The notes beneath the pieces were generated by a model, which saw only the letters and a program-made list of their open reading frames with translations, did not search any database and was not told the origin of the DNA. From Chiloscyllium plagiosum (Eukaryota): a stretch of 41,247 nucleotides of DNA. The position numbers and the translations under genes are program-made. Positions 21,977 through 32,700 of this stretch are shown in pieces (positions within the stretch are counted from its first letter, which is position 1; each line of letters starts with the position of its first letter). Where the stretch lies: assembly GCF_004010195.1 (NCBI RefSeq), contig NW_025214658.1, positions 1-41,247 on the forward strand, in the 5' to 3' direction.

Positions 21977-22765
21977 GCCATAGAGATGTACAGCACAGAA
22001 ACAGACCCTTCAGTCCAACTTGTCCATGCCGACCAGATATCCTACGTTAATCTCGTCCCATATGCCAGTACTTGGCCCATAGCCTTCTAAACCTTTCCCA
22101 ATCACATATCCAACGAGATGCCTTTTAAATGTTGTAACTGTACCAGCCTCCACACTTTCTCTGGCAGCTCATTCCATACACATACCACGTTCAGCTTGAA
22201 ACTTTGCCCCTAATATCCCTTTTCAATCTTTTCCCTCACGCCTGTGCTTTCTAGTTTTGGACTCACCTAAACATGAATAAGACCCTGGCTGTTTACCCTA
22301 TCCATGCCCCTAACGATTTTATCAACCTCTATGGTCACCCCTCAGCATCCGATTCTCCAGTGAAATCAGCCTCAGCCGATTCAGCCTTTCCCTATAGGTC
22401 AATCTTTCAACCCTGGCAACATCTTTGCATCTTTTCTGAATCCTTTCAAGTTTCACAATATCATTCCAATAGCGGGGAGACCAGGACTGAAAGCAGAATT
22501 CCAGAAGTGGCTGAATGAATGTCCTGTACAGCCGGAAAATGTAATCACAACTCCTGTACTCAATGCACAGACCAATAAAGACAAGTACACCAAACACTTT
22601 CTCCACTATCGTGCCTATCTATGATTCCACTTTCAAGGAACTATGAAACTGCACTCCAAGGTGTCTTTGTTCAGCAACACTCCCCAGGACATCCCATTAA
22701 GTGTATAAGTCCCACCCTAATTTGCTTTTCCAAAATGCAGAACCTCACATTTATCTCACATATGC
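21977..22765 (-). mobile_element. CR1 LINE 3' portion
   Basis: ORF 22322-22606: LYRTFIQPLLEFCFQSWSPRYWNDIVKLERIQKR. Confidence 0.92.
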
Positions 22766-22799
22766 ACATATCTAGGCAGTAGGACAGGCAGAGACATCA

Positions 22800-23420
22800 A
22801 GTAATGGCTTAATTAATAGGGACATAGAGTAGAAGAACAGGAAGTAATTGTTAAATTTGTACAAGGCACCTGTCAGCCCTCAGCTGGAGTATTGTGTGCA
22901 CCACATTTTAGGAAAATATGTGACTACATTGGAGGGAGAGCAGAAGCAATTTACAAGAATGGTTTCAGGAATGAGAAACTTCTGTTATGAAGATAGATTG
23001 AAGAAGTTGGGACTGTTCTTCTTGGCGAGAATGAGGTTGAGAGGTGATCATACTGAGTTTTCTAAAATCACGACTTGAGCTGGACAGAGGAGATAGGAAG
23101 AAACTATATTCATTCATAAAAGGAACAAGGACTAGCATAGATGTGAAGCAATGTGCAATTTTCACTCAGTGATTATTTAGGGTATGGAATGCCATGTCTG
23201 AGATGTTCAAGAGGGGCATTTACCTCAGAGGACTATGGGTCATTAAATATATTCAAGGCTGAGATAGACAGATTTTTAATTAGTGAGGGAATCAAGGGTA
23301 ATGGGGAAAAGGCAGGAAAGTGGAGTGTAGGGTTATCAGATCAACCACAATCTCAGTGAATGGTGCAGCAGACATGATAGGCTGAATGGCCTACTTTTGC
23401 TCCTGTATCTAATGATCTCA
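22800..23420 (+). mobile_element. CR1 LINE 3' portion, probably composite
   Basis: ORF 22848-23078 LYKAPVSPQLEYCV...YEDRLKKLGLF, ORF 23153-23359 LNIFKAEIDRFL, then a 3'UTR. Confidence 0.88.
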
Positions 23421-23611
23421 GGTGATTGAATATGTTCAGCGTACAGTGAGACAGACTTTTTTAGTGTGTCCATGTGAGGTGGACATCATTAATCTTCAAG
23501 GACATCACGTTTTCAGAAGAGGGGTCAGGAAAGAGATTGGACAAGGCTCGACGGGCTGACTGATCTCCTACTGCTTATATCCTGATTAGGTCGGACACTG
23601 GCTACTCCTAC

Positions 23612-23824
23612 CTGAGCCTAGTGTTGGCTTCTGTGGGAGCTTGTTCCGTGAATCTTCTTGATACCCGTGGTCTAGAGATGTTTTGGCCAGATGCTCCATG
23701 TTCTCCTCTAGGCTGGGCAGTTGTTGTCTCTCTAGAGAATCTGCCATGCCCGTCCCTTTGGGTACTTGCCCAGATTGCAGCTTTGAACCTTGACACGGCG
23801 GTGGGTCAGGTGGAGGAGGCAGGT
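23612..23824 (-). CDS. ROBO2: Single internal coding exon (213 nt, phase 1-1) of a Roundabout-2-like gene, CC3 proline-rich cytoplasmic segment. Orphan in this window
   Basis: Polypyrimidine tract and acceptor CTTGCTTCTCTTCCTTTTATTTCCTGAAG|AC, donor CAG|GTAGGA. Only the phase-1 frame is open: (D)LPPPPDPPPCQGSKLQSGQVPKGTGMADSLERQQLPSLEENMEHLAKTSLDHGYQEDSRNKLPQKPTLGS. Colinear with the recalled vertebrate ROBO2 segment DLPPPPDPPPGQG...SLERQ..SSLED...ARTSLE...QEDIRKAPHKQGVGS. Confidence 0.82.
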
Positions 23825-23979
23825 CTTCAGGAAATAAAAGGAAGAGAAGCAAGTCAAAGATAGACTGAGATATTCTGCCACTCCAGCCTCCCTTTCATCA
23901 AGCTGAGGGCCATCAGTGGTGGAGAACTGTAATCCTATAAACCTGTCCCCTTGCCAGGGAGGATTGCAGCAGTGGAGGG

Positions 23980-24552
23980 GTTGAACAGGACATTGGTTAG
24001 TCCACTTTTGGAACGTTGCGTACAAATCTGGTCTCCCTCCTATTGGAAGGATGTTGTGAAACTTGAAAGGGTTCATAAAAGATTTACAAGAACGTTGCCA
24101 GGGTTGGAGGATTTGGGCTAGGCTGGGGGTTGAATAGAGGTTGAATAGATTGGGGCTGTTTTCCCTGTAGCGTCGGAGGCTGAGAGGTGATCTTATCTAT
24201 GTACATAAAAACATGAGGTGCATGGAAAGGATAAATCGACAACGTCTTTTCCCTGGCGTGGGAGATCCCAGCACTAGAGGGCATAGTTTTATGGTATGAG
24301 GGGATTCTCAAGAGACTTGAGAATCAACGTTTTCACACAGAGGGTGGTACGATTATGGAATGAGCTGCCAGAGGAAGTGGTGGAGGCCATTACGATTGTA
24401 ACATTTAAAAGACATCTTCATGTGATTATGAATAGGAAGGATATGGGCAGGGTGCTGACAGGTGGGACGAGATTGCATTGGGATGTCTGATCAGCATGTA
24501 CTGGTTGGACCGACGGGTCTCTGTTTCTGTGCTGTCCATCTATGACTCTTTG
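23980..24552 (+). mobile_element. CR1 LINE 3' portion
   Basis: RTLVSPLLERCVQIWSPSYWKDVVKLERV and ORF 24296-24490 FTQRVVRLWNELPEEVVEA. Confidence 0.92.
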
Positions 24553-24559
24553 ACCTTCC

Positions 24560-25214
24560 AGTCAATTCCGTATCCAAACAGTTAGTTTCGCCAGAACCTG
24601 CTAACCAGTGTGTTATGTGAAACCTTGTGTCTTTCTCAAGTTCAAGTTAATGATTTCAATGCACAAAGCCATGCTGACTCTCCCTAATCATTTCTTGCCT
24701 TTACAATGATATGTAAATCCTGTCCCTGAGAATCCCTTCCAACAACTTCTCTGCCACTGACTTCAGGCTCACCGGTCTATAGTTCCCTTTCCTTTCCACT
24801 TTTCTCAAATAATGGCATCAGTCTTCCAGCACCTCACCTGTGGCGTTCGATGGTACAAATATTTCAGTGAGGGTCCCAGCAAAAGCTTCCCTAATTACCC
24901 ACAAAGTTCTGGGATGCACCTGATCAGATTCCAGGGATTTATCCACCTTTATGCATTTTAAGACATCCAGTACCTCCTCCTCTGTAATATGTACACTTGC
25001 CAAGTTATCATATTTATTTCCCCAACTTCTCTAACTTCCATATCCCCTTTCAGTATAAACTGACATGAAATACTTACAGAATCTCTCCCACCTCCTGCTG
25101 TTCCATAGACAGTCTTGTTGATCTTTGAGGGTCGCTATTCTCTGCCTAGTTATTCTTTTGTCTTTAGTGTATTTGTAGAATTTCTTTGGATTCTCCTTAA
25201 ACCTATTTCCCAAA
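24560..25214 (-). mobile_element. CR1 ORF2 fragment, running into a gap
   Basis: ORFs 25031-25213 (KENPKKFYKY) and 24818-25003 (IKVDKSLESDQVHPRTL). Confidence 0.88.
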
Positions 25215-25749
25215 NNNNNNNNNNNNNNNNNNNNNNNNNNNNNNNNNNNNNNNNNNNNNNNNNNNNNNNNNNNNNNNNNNNNNNNNNNNNNNNNNNNNNN
25301 NNNNNNNNNNNNNNNNNNNNNNNNNNNNNNNNNNNNNNNNNNNNNNNNNNNNNNNNNNNNNNNNNNNNNNNNNNNNNNNNNNNNNNNNNNNNNNNNNNNN
25401 NNNNNNNNNNNNNNNNNNNNNNNNNNNNNNNNNNNNNNNNNNNNNNNNNNNNNNNNNNNNNNNNNNNNNNNNNNNNNNNNNNNNNNNNNNNNNNNNNNNN
25501 NNNNNNNNNNNNNNNNNNNNNNNNNNNNNNNNNNNNNNNNNNNNNNNNNNNNNNNNNNNNNNNNNNNNNNNNNNNNNNNNNNNNNNNNNNNNNNNNNNNN
25601 NNNNNNNNCTCCACAATGTCCTGCTTAACCTCTGTCACATTTTCCTCCAAAAAACATTAATCAATCATGTATCATCTATTCTAATATCACCTTCTCTGAC
25701 CTGGTTTCTATTGTGGCTTGTCATATTCCTATATTACTCGTCTGTGGTC

Positions 25750-26105
25750 TACATGACAGAAAACGGTTTTGTGGTCCATTGGGTTTATGCTGTAAAGAAA
25801 TCTCCCAGCTAACTATTTTAATCCCATTTTCCAGCACAGAGCCCATAGACCTGTCAGCCTTGGCCTTGCAAGTGTGTTCCTAAATAGATTTTAAACGCCA
25901 TCGGGATTTCTGTCTCTCACTCTCTTCCAGACAGTGAGGTTTAATGCAACTGTTGCTCTATGCTATCACCCACAGGGTTCAGAGCAGCTGGGTCTGTGCG
26001 AACCACAGATCACCCACACATTGTGAAGGATGGCAGGGTCCCCGAGAGGGGGAATAGGAGATTAACCAGGATGGTTCAAAGAATGGGGGATTTTAGTTGC
26101 AGAAT
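25750..26105. mobile_element. Decayed CR1 fragments (3' end on minus, ORF2 piece on plus)
   Basis: ATCCCATTTTCCAGCAC.. tail pattern and ERGNRRLTRMV-like frame. Confidence 0.55.
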
Positions 26106-26199
26106 TTGTGGGGCTTTTTTAAACATTAATTGTTCACGTGACATGTGTATTAGCAACACACATCAAGAATAATCATCCACAATTAATGGACTCTCCTTT

Positions 26200-26315
26200 T
26201 CAACCTCTCCCCTTGCCTGCGTTGTGGTAATATTTCAGGTTAACCACTACCAGACATCTCTCTCTAATGAGAGAGCAGTCCTATGGTCGGGTTGAACAAT
26301 GCTGACTTGATCTTT
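26200..26315 (+). mobile_element. 3' end of an unclassified shark interspersed repeat (SINE-like)
   Basis: CCTTGCCTG...CAGGTTAACCACTACCAGACATCTCTCTCTAATGAGAGAGCAGTCCTATGGTC, recalled as a recurrent elasmobranch repeat. Contains a CTCTCTC-TAAT-GAGAGAG hairpin. Confidence 0.45.
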
Positions 26316-26499
26316 TACACAGTGATGCCACTGTGCCTCGAGGGTGGGGAGAGGGAATGCTGAAGGTGGTGGATGGGAAACCACTCAGGCACAGTGCTTT
26401 ATCCTGGAGGATGTTCACTTTCTTTAATATTGCTGGGGTGGGGGGGGGGGGGGTGAAGTGCACTGATGCAGGCAAGTGGAGAATGTTCCAACACAATCC

Positions 26500-26750
26500 T
26501 GATGTGTACCTTATAGAGAGCAAACAGACATTGGGGAATCAGGGATTTGGGGAAACTGAGATTGTTCTTCTTGTAGCAAAGGAAATTTGGGGAGCTGTGA
26601 CAAAGCGGTTTACTAAAGTTACACGTTATAATAATAAACCTTAAACCCATTACAGGACACATGTTGCAGGTTTGGGAAGATCTATTGAGAGGATGGTTTG
26701 ATTCAAAGGAGAACTTTTATTCAGCAAATTGTGTTGATCTGGAACACAAT
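26500..26750 (+). mobile_element. Decayed CR1 ORF2 C-terminal fragment
   Basis: GAAACTGAGATTGTTCTTCTTGTAGCAAAGG...GAGAACTTTTATTCAGC...GATCTGGAAC. Confidence 0.55.
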
Positions 26751-26759
26751 ACTCTCACA

Positions 26760-26900
26760 CAATATGAATATCCAGGTCCTGATGAATGGAGTAATTCTGT
26801 CAGAGTTTGGCGTTACAATGACTGAGATTACCATCTGAATATCTGCCTGTAATACAAGTTTATAAAATCTGTCACTGTCAGTTCAAGTTTGAAATTCATA
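26760..26900 (-). pseudogene. ZNF coding-exon 5' relic with splice acceptor, truncated by CR1
   Basis: Minus strand GAACTGACAGTGACAGATTTTATAAACTTGTATTACAG|GCAG (exon starts 26846) then CTGACAGAATTACTCCATTCATCAGGACCTGGATAT, homologous to the 18.8 kb and 9.4 kb copies. Confidence 0.65.
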
Positions 26901-27059
26901 CAATCACCTCCTCCTGGCCGAGGATGACTGTACACATTACCCCTGGTGGAGGTTAGCAGCCACTTAAAGGGCAGATCTATGTGGGTTTCTATGAGTTCCA
27001 CCTTGGGACTTCATGTGACTGAACATGGGACAGAATGTCCCAAGATTCAGTGAGATATG

Positions 27060-27275
27060 GAGAGCAGGATTTGCTTCCTTTTCTTTCCTTCCGTTCTGCC
27101 GCTGTGCCTCCTCAATAAGACATGGGGTGTGAAAGGCTCATGCAGCTCGATGGGCAAGATGTCTCCATTCTGACCAAAGGGCAGCAAGCTCCTCCCAGTC
27201 ATGAAACAGAGTATCCCTGAAAAATCGCAACTGCGCATGCTTCCCACTGCCCAGTGCTCACAGTACATGTTTCGA
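27060..27275 (-). promoter_or_regulatory. Promoter or first-exon relic with NRF1-like site
   Basis: TGCGCATGC at 27232-27240 (GCATGCGCAGT on minus, as at 37973-37983), about 400 bp upstream of the ZNF acceptor relic. Confidence 0.4.
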
Positions 27276-27309
27276 ATAATGAGGGGGGAAATCTCCTAGA
27301 AAAGGCATA

Positions 27310-27850
27310 ACAGGAAAGTTCCAAAAGGATTATAAACGGTTTACACAGAGATATTCACAGGAAACGTGGGCAACAAGTTGGCAAATAGCGTATAACTTGG
27401 GATAAACTGTAGAAAGCTGCACCACAAAGGGACTGGGGGAAAATGAGCAGGAAACACAGAAAGCTAGCACACAGTTACAACATGGAATCAGGAAGGGGAA
27501 TGGAATGTTGTCCATTATTTCAAAGAGTTTGCAATATCACAGTTTGGAGTATATACCTTGGGGAAAATAAACTAATGGCGAGTGAGACCACATCTGGAGT
27601 AACGTGAACAGATTTGGTCGCTTTAGTTAACGAAATAGAGCAGTTTATTGGAGGCATTTCAGACAAGATCCATTGGGATGATCCCGTTTTGAAGGGATTA
27701 TCCTGTAAGCAAAAGCTGAATAAGTTGGGAATCTACTCACTGGACTTTGGAAGAATGAGAGGTGATCTCTTTGAAACATGCAGGATTCTGTCGAGGTTTG
27801 ACAGGGTAAATATGGAGAGGATGTGTCCCATTACGGGTGAGTCCTGAACC
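27310..27850 (+). mobile_element. Decayed CR1 ORF2 C-terminal fragment
   Basis: ORF 27614-27847: LKGLSCKQKLNKLGIYSLDFGRMRGDLFETCRIL. Confidence 0.8.
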
Positions 27851-27929
27851 AGATTCTGGGTCAGTCGCGGAATCAAGGGTTCTGTTTCGGATTTGACAAT
27901 TTAAAGGCAACACCGACACAGGTTAGGGT

Positions 27930-28390
27930 TTCAGTAGCAATGGAGTTGGGGTGAGAAGGAGACAACCAACGTTTCAGAGATTGGAATTCCTGATGCTTGT
28001 GATTGTGTAGAGGTCTGATCAGAAGGTCACCATGGGGTCAGATTGAAAGCAATATTGTGAAGAATGTAGTTCTGCCTCAGACACTTCCCAGTGAGAGGGA
28101 GGGGCACAGCAGTAAGGGAAATGAATTTGGAATAGCAACCGAAGGCAATGGGTTTAACAATTACAGTGTTTCATTGGAGTGAATTGCAGCTAATCGAAGC
28201 ATGGCAAGCAGTTTGATAACTGAGTTAGAGTGGAGTAATGGAGACGGATGATGGGGAGGGAGAGCTGGACATTATCAGTGCACATGTGAAACCTAACACT
28301 GTGCTTTTGGGCGATGTTACCTCCTGACAGTATGTAGGTGAGAAACAGGACGGACCAAGGATATATCCTGGAGGGACACCAAATACAATG
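27930..28390 (-). mobile_element. Old L2-type LINE RT fragment
   Basis: Minus strand GVPPGYILGP...FHMCTDNVQLSL corresponds to GVPQGSILGP...FHxYADDTQLYL. Confidence 0.75.
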
Positions 28391-28839
28391 AATTCAGAAA
28401 GGAAAGGGAGAGTGGAGATGGAGCAGGATTTTCCAATGATGGTGAGGTCAAATATTAGGTTTCAGCAGAATGGGAGAGAAGGACATAACCAGAAACGAGA
28501 GACAGACAGATCATGGAACCGGAAAGAAGCAGAGGCAGCTGATCGGATTGTCTCAATGTTATTGACAGAGAAACTCCAAGTGCTCCTCACTCTTGTTTTT
28601 GGAAGGGAGGATGGAGGAGACAGGATAATGGACATTTTTTTATTTCCAAAACAATAAAGAAAACCTGTGATAGTGATTCTAAAAATAAGTGAACAAACCT
28701 GTCGTATTTATCATTTATCAAGAATATTAAAATATACAACTGAAGTTCAGGTTGGAATCCCAAATCGGTAGAGGGTGGCTCTGAAGTCAAGAATAAAATA
28801 ACTGGAATGAAGAATCTACTGTTTGACATGGAACCATTG

Positions 28840-29880
28840 GGGATGTTTTTCTGCCATTGACAATGTCCTTGAGGGAAAGAACCGGCCCATCAAGTCACTC
28901 ATTGTATGAATCACTGCACAGTCTCAACAAAGGAATGAAACTGGATGGACAATATTAATCTACCAATGCACTAGCAAATACAATCACGCGATCGGCCCTC
29001 TTGACCCTGCAACTTCCGCCTCACTGTGGGCCAACAACAGCAGCAGAACTGTACTCCAGCCCAATCTGAAATCTCATGGTCTGATATCCCCCACTCAACC
29101 ATTAACATCAAACCAGGGGAATCAACCCTGGTTCAATGGTGAATGCAGGAGGACATGCCAGGCATACCTAAAACTGAGGTGCCAACCTGGTGCAGCAACC
29201 AAACCTGCATGCCAAACAGCACAAGCAACACCAAATAGAACTAAGTGATCTCATAACCAATAGATTCGATTTGAGTTCTGCAGTTCTGCAACACCGAGTC
29301 AAGAATAGTAATGGACAATTAAACAACTCACTGGAGAAAGCCTCACAGATATCCCCGCCCTTACCGATGGAGGGGTCTCACACATTCATGCAACAGATAA
29401 GAGCACAGCATTAGCAGCGAGTTTCAGCCAGCAGTGCCAAGTGGATGAGCCTTCTCCATTGGTCCCTAACATCACAGATATGAATCGACTTGGTTGAAAA
29501 CTGATTTCAAATCAGATCAAGAAATGGATAAGCAGTGTAAAGGTATGGGCCCTGCCAATATTCCGGCAATAATACTGTTGGCTGTGCTGCAGAACCTGCT
29601 GCCCACCAAGGCAAGTGCTGCTCCAGCACTGGCACCTACTGACTTTGTGGAACATTGCTCAGGGATGTTCCAACACAAAAACACACGGCAGATCCAATTC
29701 TCAACCAATTCCCCTCCATCAGTCTACACTCGCTCAGCAGTGAAGTGATGGAAGGTGTCATCAACAGTGCTATCAAGCAACTGCTCAACAATAACCTGCT
29801 CAGCGATGGGTTCTGCCAGGGCCACTCAGCTCCTGAGCTTGTTATAGACTTGATTCACAAACTGACAAACAGCTGAATGA
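28840..29880 (+). mobile_element. ORF2 fragment of second CR1-group LINE family
   Basis: QPWFNGECRR, GMGPANIPAI, FPSISLHSLSSEVMEGVINSAIKQLLNNNLLSDGFCQGHSAPEL. Confidence 0.8.
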
Positions 29881-29934
29881 GGGGAGGATGACAGGCCAGA
29901 CCCCCTCCAAAACCACTATTTCGACTCCAGTGAT

Positions 29935-30420
29935 ATCAACTGACCTCAGCACAGTCTCAGCTCATTTGCTGAAACTCTCATTTTTCCCTTTTGTTAACTC
30001 TAGATTTCATTATCTAAACCGACTCCTGGCCAGCATCCCACATTCACCCTCCCGATAATCTCAAGAATATTGAAAACTCTACTGCCGAAGTGCTCACTTG
30101 TACCAAAACTTGGTTATCAATCAAAAGACTCCCATTTATAAGCAACAACAATTTACTTTCGCACCTCTGAATTAATTCCTGGCTGTAAGCATTCCTATCT
30201 CCCTGCACCACACACCCTTTCATATCTCATTAACTCATTTTAGTTCAGACTCTCAATGATGTGTTTATTTTTTAGTTCATCTGTGTGACTGTTTCTATAA
30301 AATCCAAGGGAACATGGTCCGGAATCCCCACTCTAACCCTCTAAGATCTACTTTCTTCCTAAAGGCATTCTTGAAAAACTGCTTCACTGGACACAATATG
30401 CTCCATCTGTAGCCTTATGT
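29935..30420 (+). mobile_element. Old L2-type LINE 3' fragment
   Basis: AETL...FVNSRFHY...LLASIP...IENSTAEVLTCTK corresponds to L2 HAFVTSRLDY...QNSAARVLT. Confidence 0.65.
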
Positions 30421-30850
30421 CAAAAGTTATCAATAATATTTTTGTGAAATTAAAACCATGATGATTTGTAGAGATATCTTCTACTCTTCAATATCACTGA
30501 GTGAATAATCTGTAATGTCTCTTACCCAACCACGTTGTGGGAGCACCTTCACCATACAAACTGCAGCTGTACAAGGAAGTCAAACATCACCCTCTCCACA
30601 GGCAACAAGGCTTTGGTATTGATCACTGGTTTCTGTGGAAGGAGAAATACACAGTTGATGTTACAGGGAGTGCAATATGAATTACAGGGAATAAAAATGG
30701 TGCAGAATTTGACTGTCAGAAATTGAAAGAAAAAGCATTCGCTTATTGGAAAAAAGAATTCTTGACTGTCAAAGATATTGTGGAAAAAATAACCTGATAA
30801 TGGAACAGCATATGGTCAGGAGCCGGGCAGCAGTGGACAATTCATTTACA

Positions 30851-30940
30851 TTCCTGAAGAAGGGCTTATGCCCGAAACGTTGATTTTCCTGTTCCTCGGA
30901 TGGTGCCTGGCCTGCTGTGTTTTTCCAGCTCTACATTTTT
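30851..30940 (+). mobile_element. 90-nt Penelope-derived insertion with hammerhead-like core and 13-bp TSD
   Basis: CAATTCATTTACA at 30838-30850 and 30941-30953. Core CTGAAGA-A-GGGC-TTAT-GCCC-GAAACGTT. Confidence 0.85.
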
Positions 30941-31099
30941 CAATTCATTTACAAAACAGCTGTGAAAGTAATAGTAAAATACTATACAGTGCAAAAATAC
31001 ACCCATGAGAGACTGAGGAAGCTAGATAATGAACAAGTGGACATCAGAGAACCCAGAGGTGAACCCGAGCAGAGTTCACCTTTATGATCCCACAGTCAA

Positions 31100-31290
31100 A
31101 GATGTCTGGCACAAAGATGTTGGACAGAAACAGACTTCTTCGGTCCAACCTATGCCAACCAGATATACTAACCTAATCTATCTAAATTAAATCCTATCTG
31201 CCACTCCTCAACCCATTGGCGCATCTGATCAATATCCCATTGTATTCTGAGATACCCTTCTTCATTGTCCACAATACCAACTGTTGGCTG
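31100..31290 (-). mobile_element. CR1 fragments (3' end and RT piece)
   Basis: GAAACAGACTTCTTCGGTCCAACC...CTAATCTA tail, homologous to 21998-22050. Confidence 0.65.
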
Positions 31291-31344
31291 TAGCTTGTGC
31301 ACTGCTTCGTGGCTTTTGTTGCTGTTTCTCAGTTACAAGAGTGA

Positions 31345-31487
31345 GGGACAAAGTTAAAAATCACACAACCACCTGATGAAGGACCAGCAAAGTAGTGCTT
31401 CCAAATAAACCTGTTGGACTATAACCAGATGTTATGTGGATTTTAATTTTGTCCATCCTAATCCAACACCGGCACCTCCAAGTCACG
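31345..31487 (+). mobile_element. Penelope-associated terminal repeat (second family) with degenerate CTGATGA motif
   Basis: ACAAAGTTAAAAATCACACAAC at the start is partly inverted against GTTATGTGGATTTTAATTTTGT. Homologous to 14318-14442. Confidence 0.7.
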
Positions 31488-31504
31488 AGTGATGGAGGCA
31501 TGCA

Positions 31505-31847
31505 TAACATAAGAATAAAAAATCTAGGAAAAGGAGAAGGCCGTCCTGCCTTTCGAGCCTGCTCTACCATTCAATAAGATCAAGGCTGATCATTTTGTGG
31601 ATGCATTTATCCACGTTCTCACTGTATTCCTTAATTAATTATTTCTTTTTTTGAAAAACTAACTTAGCTTTAAAAACGTTCATTGAACTTGCATCAACTA
31701 CTTCCCTGGGCAATGAATTACACAGATGTCAAGAAGTTCCTTTTCAATTCAGTCCTAAATTTGCTGCCTTTCCATTGGTCCGCCGCTGACATCAATCACT
31801 TCTTCGGTCCAACCTGTCCATGACAACCATATTTCCTAACCTAATCT
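31505..31847 (-). mobile_element. CR1 3' ends (two fragments) next to a gap
   Basis: AGGAGAAGGCCGTCCTGCCTTTCGAGCCTGCTCTACCATTCAATAAGATC and CTTCGGTCCAACCTGTCCATG. Confidence 0.75.
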
Positions 31848-32700
31848 NNNNNNNNNNNNNNNNNNNNNNNNNNNNNNNNNNNNNNNNNNNNNNNNNNNNN
31901 NNNNNNNNNNNNNNNNNNNNNNNNNNNNNNNNNNNNNNNNNNNNNNNNNNNNNNNNNNNNNNNNNNNNNNNNNNNNNNNNNNNNNNNNNNNNNNNNNNNN
32001 NNNNNNNNNNNNNNNNNNNNNNNNNNNNNNNNNNNNNNNNNNNNNNNNNNNNNNNNNNNNNNNNNNNNNNNNNNNNNNNNNNNNNNNNNNNNNNNNNNNN
32101 NNNNNNNNNNNNNNNNNNNNNNNNNNNNNNNNNNNNNNNNNNNNNNNNNNNNNNNNNNNNNNNNNNNNNNNNNNNNNNNNNNNNNNNNNNNNNNNNNNNN
32201 NNNNNNNNNNNNNNNNNNNNNNNNNNNNNNNNNNNNNNNNNNNNNNNNNNNNNNNNNNNNNNNNNNNNNNNNNNNNNNNNNNNNNNNNNNNNNNNNNNNN
32301 NNNNNNNNNNNNNNNNNNNNNNNNNNNNNNNNNNNNNNNNNNNNNNNNNNNNNNNNNNNNNNNNNNNNNNNNNNNNNNNNNNNNNNNNNNNNNNNNNNNN
32401 NNNNNNNNNNNNNNNNNNNNNNNNNNNNNNNNNNNNNNNNNNNNNNNNNNNNNNNNNNNNNNNNNNNNNNNNNNNNNNNNNNNNNNNNNNNNNNNNNNNN
32501 NNNNNNNNNNNNNNNNNNNNNNNNNNNNNNNNNNNNNNNNNNNNNNNNNNNNNNNNNNNNNNNNNNNNNNNNNNNNNNNNNNNNNNNNNNNNNNNNNNNN
32601 NNNNNNNNNNNNNNNNNNNNNNNNNNNNNNNNNNNNNNNNNNNNNNNNNNNNNNNNNNNNNNNNNNNNNNNNNNNNNNNNNNNNNNNNNNNNNNNNNNNN

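Noticed and set aside
23621..23863. 80-aa + strand ORF and 62-aa alternative minus frame overlapping the ROBO2-like exon
   Set aside because: These are shadow frames of the exon. Only the phase-1 minus frame matches the splice sites and a known protein.
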